64,000 nt of DNA from positions 8,714 through 72,713 of the forward strand of contig DAOUJI010000066.1 of assembly GCA_034422875.1 (NCBI GenBank), written 5' to 3'. The translations under genes were made by a program, and so were the position numbers. Shown one piece after another: positions 57,695-64,000 of this stretch (positions are counted from its first letter, which is position 1; the number at the start of each line of letters is the position of its first letter). Source of the stretch: Dehalococcoidia bacterium (GTDB taxonomy: Bacteria > Chloroflexota > Dehalococcoidia > Lucifugimonadales > JAGWBF01). Below the pieces are notes generated by a model, which was given only the letters and a program-made list of their open reading frames with translations, did no database searches and was not told the origin of the DNA.

Positions 57695-59287
57695 CTAGCG
57701 GCTGAAGATGGGGATGGGCAGTTTCCGAATAAAGAACGAGACCACGAACAGCGCCAGGCCAACTCCCATGGCTGTTGCGCACAACGGGACCACACCCGAG
57801 ACAATGTCCGAGACCATGGACGTGACCACATCAGAGGAGATTTCGACGACGCTTGTCGGAATATCCGGCTCATCCACGATCAGGTTGTCCAATAAACTCT
57901 CAATCGCCGGCTTGGTCACCAGGGCTACGATAAGGCATATGGCGCCGCTGACAAACAGGACGATTCCGGGAAAGCGGAACAGAGACCCCATATGGGGAAA
58001 CTGCAAAGCGCCCAGCAGCAGTGACCCCACGACCACCGCGACTATGGTCAGCGTCAACCCTAATCCGGTAGTCGCTATGTAGTCCCTGGCAGGTTCCAGG
58101 TCCTCCAGAAATTCCCGCCGGGTCTGGCCGCTGTCTTCAGCAGCGACCTCAATTAAGTCCAGGCGGCGGTCTTCGTCCAGCTCTTCCTCCACGAACTCCT
58201 CGATTGTTTCGTCGATGAACGGACCCGCCACCGTGGTCGCCGTTATCTTGATCGCTCCCTTAATGTCGCCTTCACTAAGCGGGAGTTTGATAGCCTCTTC
58301 TTGCTCCTTCAGGGCGTCGATGGCTGACTGGGTAAACGCGGGCTCGGCCTCCAACTCTTTGATGGCGCGGTCGAAGATAACGTCGGAGACGCTGTTGCTC
58401 AGGGACTCAGGGTCCCTCAGCTCAGGTATGGTCTCAGGAATCCGGCCCTCCGCCAGCTCCTTCCAGAGAAAAGCGATCTCCTCCGCCATTTCGACGGCGC
58501 CGTCAACCTCCTGGGTCGGGATATCATCTATGGCCTCCGACAGCGCTCGGTTGATGACAGGAGTAGCGACTGAAGACGCGCCTGTTCTGAGCGCCCCTTT
58601 CATGTCGACAGCGATAAGGGAAACCTTTATCTCGTCCTCTTGTTGCTGCAAACCGGTGATTGCGGACTCGGGAAACGCCGGGTCGGCTTCCAGTTCCGCG
58701 ATGGCCAGATCGAAAATATATCCCGCAAGGCTGTCATTCAGCGACGACGGGTCGCTCAGCGCCGGGATGGCTTCAGGAGGCTGACCCTCTTCAAGGTCCT
58801 TCCAGAGAATGGCCAGTTCGTCCGCCATTTCTTCAACGTCAGCGACTTCCTTAGTTGGAATCTCGTCGATGCGTCGTTCGATGTAGGCCAACAACGTGGG
58901 TTTAATGTTGTCAATAGGCTCTGCCAGTTCTATGAAAACCAGCGCCTCTTCGGAGTCTCGTTTCAGGTAGTCGAGGGCGCCGGAGAGAGCGTTCTCCACC
59001 TGGCCTTCCAGATAGGCTGGAGGAAGGATGCTGCGGGTGACCTCAATCACGTCCTCATGGGGCACTTCGACGCCGGCCACCAGATAGTCGGTCTGCTTCT
59101 CGAATTCCGGGTCCAGCAGGACCTCGTCGTAAATCCGGTCGTAGACCGAATTCTCAGAAATGTTCTCGGTGTAGAAATCCGCGGACAGGAAGTTGCTGCG
59201 GAAGCCGCTGACAACCACAAAGCATATGAATCCGACGATTATCACTACCGCCAGGATTAACCCCAGTATCGGACGCAAGACCGCCAT
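57695..59287 (-). CDS. hypothetical membrane protein with internal tandem ~110-aa repeats
   Basis: The start is moved to ATG 59287 (MAVLRPILGLILAVVIIVGF...). It has an N-terminal TM helix, a large acidic helical region with two tandem repeats (EIPTKEVADVEEMADELAILWKDLEEG... and DIPTQEVDGAVEMAEEIAFLWKELAEG...), and C-terminal TM helices. Confidence 0.6.
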   Translation of the reverse strand: MAVLRPILGLILAVVIIVGFICFVVVSGFRSNFLSADFYTENISENSVYDRIYDEVLLDPEFEKQTDYLVAGVEVPHEDVIEVTRSILPPAYLEGQVENALSGALDYLKRDSEEALVFIELAEPIDNIKPTLLAYIERRIDEIPTKEVADVEEMADELAILWKDLEEGQPPEAIPALSDPSSLNDSLAGYIFDLAIAELEADPAFPESAITGLQQQEDEIKVSLIAVDMKGALRTGASSVATPVINRALSEAIDDIPTQEVDGAVEMAEEIAFLWKELAEGRIPETIPELRDPESLSNSVSDVIFDRAIKELEAEPAFTQSAIDALKEQEEAIKLPLSEGDIKGAIKITATTVAGPFIDETIEEFVEEELDEDRRLDLIEVAAEDSGQTRREFLEDLEPARDYIATTGLGLTLTIVAVVVGSLLLGALQFPHMGSLFRFPGIVLFVSGAICLIVALVTKPAIESLLDNLIVDEPDIPTSVVEISSDVVTSMVSDIVSGVVPLCATAMGVGLALFVVSFFIRKLPIPIFSR

Positions 59288-59406
59288 CACAAAAACCAAG
59301 CCACACCTCGTCTTTACGCCTACGACCCGCTGCGGGCGCCGACTCTCCGGCGTACTATACCAGACTCGGCAGAGCAGGATTACGGTACAAGAGGTGCCGT
59401 TCCGGC

Positions 59407-59841
59407 TCAATAGACCAGGGACTGCACCCAGAAAGAGCATCCCCACAGCTCGGCTCCGCCGATGTTATGCTTGCGCCTGGGTTCGGCTTTCACGCACTCG
59501 GCCGCGGGCAACCCCTCAAGGATGACCCTGCGCATCAGGCTCTTCACTGAAGACGGACTATTTGCTGACACATACTTTTCCAGCTCTTCGTAGGCTTCGG
59601 CGTCGTCGGACAGGTCTACCAGTACCAGCACTTCCAGGTTGTATACCGACTGAGGGTCGGTGGCACGGTATTCGGCGGCCGCCGAGTGGTTGGATGCTTG
59701 CAAGTCCCGGATTACAGCCGCAGGAAACTCCTGGATGCTGTCCGGCGGGTGCTTGTAGACCCTGAGACCGTCCACGCTCCCTAACTGGGCCGCCATCTCG
59801 TCGATGATGGCTTTGAGTTCCCCCGGCGTTGGAACTACCAT
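59407..59841 (-). CDS. phage head-tail joining / head completion-like protein (tentative)
   Basis: 144-aa ORF overlapping the upstream connector gene by 7 nt. Its position and size match HK97 gp10/DUF3168-like proteins, but sequence recognition is weak. Confidence 0.4.
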   Translation of the reverse strand: MVVPTPGELKAIIDEMAAQLGSVDGLRVYKHPPDSIQEFPAAVIRDLQASNHSAAAEYRATDPQSVYNLEVLVLVDLSDDAEAYEELEKYVSANSPSSVKSLMRRVILEGLPAAECVKAEPRRKHNIGGAELWGCSFWVQSLVY

Positions 59842-60683
59842 CCCTGACCTCCCATCGGGTTCTTGCGGTAGGCGGCCAGGAGCAGCGCCACGTCCGGGTC
59901 CAAGGCTTTGGATACTCCGCCCAGCCCGGTGCGGCGCAGGTCCGGCGCCATAAAGCCTGCGTCACGTCGTTTCCACAGGCGCGAGGTCTGTATGAGGCAG
60001 GCCTCTGTGACCTCGTTGGGGTATACGAGCCGGGCTATGTGCGAGTTGTCGACGTGGGTCGCGGCCGTTGTTCCGTTGACGCCCCGTACGACGGTCAGCT
60101 CGTTGACCGACACTGCGGTGACATACAACTGCTCATCGCCTATCAAGAGTGTGTGGCCTGGCGAAAGATTAGTTGAGTCGCTGACCGCAAGGCTGGTTGC
60201 GTCCGCGGACAGCTCCGCTCCCTGGTTCAACGCGGCGCCGGCGGCCTCCGTCACCTCCCTGTATCCCCACTTCCCGTTCACCTCCACCGTTCGGAGTCCG
60301 GCGGGAAAAGTGCTCTTGTTGCTGGCGTCCACATCCACCAAGACCCTCGTGTAGGGACGGCCCCAGGGCTTGTCCGGCTGGGCGTTAGAAGGATAGAGCA
60401 GGTAGTCCGCGACTTCCCAGGGCGTCTCGAAAGTACGGTCCCGATCGTCGTCGGTCTTCAGCGAGGTTACGCTTATCAGGTCTGGGACGCCCAGCTCCTT
60501 CCCTCCATCGCCGTCAAAGAACCGGTCCTCCTGGACGACGTAGAACCGCCGGTTGCAGTAATGGTCGATGAGCCTCGATACGGCCTCCAGAATGTCCAGC
60601 AACCTGGTGTCGTAGGCGTCGCCCGATATATTCAGGACGCCCGCCGATTTCAGCGTTGCAAGGTCGGCGTAAGCGTTAGTCAT
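59835..60683 (-). CDS. phage gp6-like head-tail connector protein with C-terminal extension
   Basis: N-terminus MTNAYADLATLKSAGVLNISGDAYDTRLLDILEAVSRLIDHYCNRRFY matches the gp6-like connector pattern (y.tl.elK..l.i...d..l..li.aa...ie.yc.r.f). GGAGG SD. Confidence 0.6.
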   Translation of the reverse strand: MTNAYADLATLKSAGVLNISGDAYDTRLLDILEAVSRLIDHYCNRRFYVVQEDRFFDGDGGKELGVPDLISVTSLKTDDDRDRTFETPWEVADYLLYPSNAQPDKPWGRPYTRVLVDVDASNKSTFPAGLRTVEVNGKWGYREVTEAAGAALNQGAELSADATSLAVSDSTNLSPGHTLLIGDEQLYVTAVSVNELTVVRGVNGTTAATHVDNSHIARLVYPNEVTEACLIQTSRLWKRRDAGFMAPDLRRTGLGGVSKALDPDVALLLAAYRKNPMGGQGW

Positions 60684-60770
60684 AGCAGCCTCCGCGAGGC
60701 TCCTTCCCTTATACGAGAAGGAGCCGGGGGATCGTTCTCAAAATCAAGGAAGCAGCGGCGGGAACCTCCG

Positions 60771-61223
60771 CTACACCTCTACGTAGAAGATGTAGGCGTG
60801 TCCGGCAAGTCCGGCGGCGGAGCCCGTTGCTTTGCTGCCTGTGATGTAGTCTGTCCTGCCACCCTTGGCGTCCAGCCGTTGCATGGACTTGCCGTTGGCT
60901 CCTTTGTTCCCTATGTTGTCTTCCACGCCTTTGGCCGCGTTCACGTCCAGCCCGTCAATCAGGTCGTTCGACGACCGGTTTCCCCGCAATGCGGAACCGA
61001 AGTCTACGGTGCAAGCGTCCCTGGAACCGGTTGTCCGATCGATGACTAAACGCACCACGATAATCGGACCAGCCTCGGGGTTTCGCCAGGCCAACACTCC
61101 TCCTCTGGCGTCGGAATCCCCCAGTGCCGCCTTGGCGCACTTAAGGGCAGCCGGAGCTACGTCCGAGGTGAGCATGTCCTTCACTTGCTCGGCCAGGGGA
61201 CTGTCCTTTGACGGATTGGCCAT
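60771..61223 (-). CDS. hypothetical phage structural protein (decoration/cement-like position)
   Basis: 150-aa ORF between the capsid and connector genes with an AAGGAG SD. No family recognised. Confidence 0.4.
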   Translation of the reverse strand: MANPSKDSPLAEQVKDMLTSDVAPAALKCAKAALGDSDARGGVLAWRNPEAGPIIVVRLVIDRTTGSRDACTVDFGSALRGNRSSNDLIDGLDVNAAKGVEDNIGNKGANGKSMQRLDAKGGRTDYITGSKATGSAAGLAGHAYIFYVEV

Positions 61224-61253
61224 GTGTTACTCCTTGGCGCCGGGCGCAGCTGT

Positions 61254-62588
61254 CTACGCCACGCCCGTGATGTTGTACTGCAAGGCCGTGTGAGTGGCGG
61301 TGGACCTGCTTCCCGTCCTCTCTGCGAAAGCTATCCGCAGACTCACCACCATGATGTTCTGCCGTTTCTGGATGTCCCGGTCCGTTTCGATGGCCAGCTC
61401 CCGCCTGAAACCGACCCTCCACTGGGACCGGTTCACGATGAGGACACGTCCGGTGTTACTGCCGTTTCCGGCGTCGGTCACCTTTCCGTCGGTGTCCGCC
61501 AGCTTCATCTGCTCCGACACAATGACGGGGATGCCTTCAACCGCCCCGAGCTGCCCCCGGAGCACGGTGGCGTTGGGCCCCAGCTTGTCAAGAGTGCGGA
61601 AGTTGTCCACGCTGAGGGCGCGGATGTAAGTGTTCACATCCATGATGTAGGCCAGCTCCGAGGGCCTGACGCCGTACTTGCCCAGCTTGCCCCTTATCTC
61701 GTTGAACATCCCGTCGGACACCGCGGCGCTGTGGTCGTTGGCCTGCCCGGTGTTGTCCACCAGCGGCAGATGAAGCAGCCCGTCGAACCCCAGCAGCCAG
61801 TGTCCCTTGCCCACGTCGGACTTGGAGATGGTGGCCTCGTCCGCATTGATATTGTTCACCGTCGTCGAGTCTCCGTTGAGCACGACGTCGTCGATTACCT
61901 CGGCGGCGTTCCGCACCAGGCCGCTGCGCACCTCCTGGGCCATGGCGATCACCGCGTCCTCGTCCAACGTCAGGGACCAGGGCACCTGCCCCACCAGCTC
62001 ATAAGAAGTGAGAGTCTGCTTGGCGGTGTTCAGGGCAGTGGCCGTCACGGCCAGGTTCTCCGTGCCGGGGTACCAGTTCACGTCGCCCAGTTGAAGCGGT
62101 ATCTCGAAGGGGTCCGAGGGCATGTCCACCCTGGAGAAGAGGGGAGCCACCATGGTCTCCAGGTTCACGTCCATCCAAAGAGTCGAGGCTTCCTGGGTGG
62201 GGACCAGCTCATCCCCGGACCCGGCGGTGGTTGAGTCCATGGCCGCCTTCAGGTTCGACTGCCACTCCTCCAGCATTCGCGGATTCAGTCCTAGGGGCTG
62301 GCGAATCTGGGCGTTTAGGAGGCTCCGCATGTAGGCCAGGTCCAGCAAGTCCAGGCCCTGGTACTTCCCGTAGGGCACCCTGGGCCTGTCCTGTCCGCCG
62401 TACTTGCCCAGGAGCGCCTGCTTCTCTCCGTTCTTCCACATCTCCCGGATGCGGGCAATCTGGGCCGAGACCCGGCTCACCTCCTCCTTGAGCGGAGGAA
62501 GCTCGCTGTCGATGCGGCCGTTGTAGAACTCCTTCACTCCCGCAACTTCCTTCTTGATAAGGTCCAGGTCTTGAGCGCTGATGGTCAT
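61254..62588 (-). CDS. HK97-fold phage major capsid protein
   Basis: 444 aa. An N-terminal coiled-coil (delta-domain-like) segment MTISAQDLDLIKKEVAGVKEFYN...VSAQIARIREMW is followed by capsid-core-like ...LWMDVNLETMVAPLFSRVDMPSDPFEIPL... and ...QWRVGFRRELAIETDRDIQKRQNIMVVSLRIAF.... AAGGAGGAG SD. Confidence 0.85.
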   Translation of the reverse strand: MTISAQDLDLIKKEVAGVKEFYNGRIDSELPPLKEEVSRVSAQIARIREMWKNGEKQALLGKYGGQDRPRVPYGKYQGLDLLDLAYMRSLLNAQIRQPLGLNPRMLEEWQSNLKAAMDSTTAGSGDELVPTQEASTLWMDVNLETMVAPLFSRVDMPSDPFEIPLQLGDVNWYPGTENLAVTATALNTAKQTLTSYELVGQVPWSLTLDEDAVIAMAQEVRSGLVRNAAEVIDDVVLNGDSTTVNNINADEATISKSDVGKGHWLLGFDGLLHLPLVDNTGQANDHSAAVSDGMFNEIRGKLGKYGVRPSELAYIMDVNTYIRALSVDNFRTLDKLGPNATVLRGQLGAVEGIPVIVSEQMKLADTDGKVTDAGNGSNTGRVLIVNRSQWRVGFRRELAIETDRDIQKRQNIMVVSLRIAFAERTGSRSTATHTALQYNITGVA

Positions 62589-62630
62589 GACTCCTCCTTG
62601 AAATTTCTGGTCATTGTTCTTCCTTGGCGC

Positions 62631-63332
62631 CTAGGGAGCGGTCCGGGACACGATCCGTAGGCTCTCCACTACCTGCCGCAGGGCGTCATCCCAAGGCACT
62701 TGTTCCGTCTCCTCCAGCCCCTGGCTCACGTAGTACGCCTCCATTCTTGGCGAGCGGCTGAGGGCCTTTCGCAGGGCGCCCTGGTTGGCCGGAACAGGAG
62801 CCGCGCTAATCTCCAGCAGCTCCTGCTCCAGGAACCGCACTCCCAGTGCCTTGCCGGTGTCGGCGTCTCGTCGCAGCTCGTACCTGATTGGCCGGAACCC
62901 CACCGACACGCCCCGCTGGTATCCGTTCCGGTAGAGGTCTGCCACCTCTTTGGCAAAGTCCGTAGGTGCGAACTCCACCCTTGCCATGAGGTTGTTCCCC
63001 TCGGCCCAAAGCTCCCGCGTTCGGCCTATGGCCGGCCTGGTGTAATCGTGGGCCCAGAGGAACACCGGGTTTTTGAGATAGGACTGGAGCCGCCATCCCT
63101 GCAGCGAAATCACGTCGCCGTGGCGGTCTACGTCGTCGTTGGACACAACGAAAGCCATCTGCTGTTCTCCGGCCTCTGGCGACTGAGCTTGAGGAAAGCC
63201 CAGGCTTTCCACGGACTGTCCGGTGGCGGCTGAGGTCCACTTCCGCAAATAGGGCGCGTCGCTGAGTCCTCGCCGGTATGAGTCCAGCGACTCCAACAAC
63301 CGCTCCCGTTCCCATTGCTCGATGTCGTTCAT
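62631..63332 (-). CDS. HK97-family phage prohead protease
   Basis: ATG 63332 after GGAAGGGAGG. ...FVVSNDDVDRHGDVISLQGWRLQSYLKNPVFLWAHDYTRPAIGRT... is the prohead serine protease (S78/U35) core, and ...LLEISAAPVPANQGAL follows. Confidence 0.85.
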   Translation of the reverse strand: MNDIEQWERERLLESLDSYRRGLSDAPYLRKWTSAATGQSVESLGFPQAQSPEAGEQQMAFVVSNDDVDRHGDVISLQGWRLQSYLKNPVFLWAHDYTRPAIGRTRELWAEGNNLMARVEFAPTDFAKEVADLYRNGYQRGVSVGFRPIRYELRRDADTGKALGVRFLEQELLEISAAPVPANQGALRKALSRSPRMEAYYVSQGLEETEQVPWDDALRQVVESLRIVSRTAP

Positions 63333-63381
63333 GCAGGGCGCCTCCCTTCCGATTTGGTTTTCGCTCTTCCGGGGCCAGGGC

Positions 63382-63421
63382 ACAAAAAGAGGGACAGACC
63401 CAACTCAGGGTCTGTCCCTCT
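63382..63421 (-). terminator. strong intrinsic terminator (minus strand) immediately upstream of the prohead protease gene
   Basis: A perfect 14-bp stem, AGAGGGACAGACCC (63388-63401) with GGGTCTGTCCCTCT (63408-63421) and a 6-nt loop. On the minus strand it is followed by TTTTTGTG. Confidence 0.7.
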
Positions 63422-63640
63422 GGCGCTGAAGCAGCCGGGCTGGCAATCCGGCCTTTTGTGACGCTTCAAATTCAGGCTACCGCCCGCTGACCAAAGTGGT
63501 CAACGGCCCGATGTCACCCCCGCACCTGTCCCTGTCCATTCTGGTTTCCGAAAAGCTTTAAGCAGAGTAGAATGCATCCGTAGATTGCCCCCGCCCCTTA
63601 CCCCGCACGCATTCACCCATGGGAGGACCCACTAGCCACG

Positions 63641-64000
63641 ATGGTCCGCGTTCTGGTGATTCCTTTGGCTTCGGCGCTGGCAGTGATCATGCTGGTCCTG
63701 GCTGGGCTGGCAGTGACCACGGCTCACGCCACGGATCCCGATGTCAGCCCCTTCTACGACTCAAACGGCAACGGTGTGATTGACAGGGACGAGGCCATAA
63801 CAGCCGTCGCCGACTACTTCGCGGGCGTCATCACCAGAGACCAGGTCCTTGTCATAGTCCAGTACTACTTCAGCGGGGAGACCGTCCCCGACATAGAGGA
63901 CGTACTGCCGCCCGAGCCGCCCACCCGTTCTCTCAGCCAGGTCATCGAGGATGTGCGGCCGGCGGTGGTCTATGTCCGGAACGTCGATGTGGGCGTCGGG
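63641..64000 (+). CDS. secreted trypsin-like (HtrA/S1C-type) serine protease, 5' part, with N-terminal EF-hand/dockerin-like module
   Basis: Not in the ORF track because it runs off the window. ATG 63641 gives MVRVLVIPLASALAVIMLVLAGLAVTTAHA (signal) and then YDSNGNGVIDRDEAITAVADYFAGVITRDQVLVIVQYYFSGE. ...SLSQVIEDVRPAVVYVRNVDVGVG follows, typical of the start of an S1C protease domain. Confidence 0.6.
   Translation, partial: MVRVLVIPLASALAVIMLVLAGLAVTTAHATDPDVSPFYDSNGNGVIDRDEAITAVADYFAGVITRDQVLVIVQYYFSGETVPDIEDVLPPEPPTRSLSQVIEDVRPAVVYVRNVDVGVG

Noticed and set aside
61224-62234. 336-aa ORF on the plus strand
   Set aside because: It lies antisense to the HK97-type capsid gene and is a shadow ORF.

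Overview
This is a GC-rich bacterial chromosomal window near the replication origin (dnaA, gyrB, obg, fmt, rplY) and is densely packed with housekeeping genes. These include selB, hemW, ychF, holA, a pyrR-pyrB-carA operon with a leader hairpin, a five-gene Liv-type ABC importer, and degV. surE is flanked by tRNA-Ala(CGC) and tRNA-Met(CAT), and pyrE-nadD-obg and a moeB/thiF-cysteine synthase pair are also present. A Baeyer-Villiger monooxygenase, a family III CoA-transferase and many eukaryote-like repeat proteins would fit a marine or sponge-associated Chloroflexota-like organism, but that placement is inference only. No CRISPR array, transposase or integrase was seen. The observations I rate highest are:

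1. A thioredoxin-like/NHL-repeat gene is split in the ORF track by an in-frame TGA at the redox-motif position. A hairpin sits at SECIS distance and selB is in the same window, so this is a probable selenoprotein.
2. A translationally coupled panD-methyltransferase-methyltransferase operon may make beta-alanine betaine.
3. An EF-hand/dockerin-like ~40-aa module is shared by three otherwise unrelated secreted proteins. It sits within a wider set of spondin, plant-type LRR, RCC1 and gluzincin-LRR surface proteins.
4. An intact phage head-only module (prohead protease, HK97 capsid, connector) has no portal, terminase, tail or integrase.
5. A DUF1538-DUF1538-PII-like-CBS operon has no assigned function.
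6. Several candidate structured RNAs are present, including an orphan-promoter RNA next to selB and a leader before moeB.

All calls come from reading the sequence and the translations. No database search was run, so family names are from memory of signature motifs and need HMM/BLAST confirmation.
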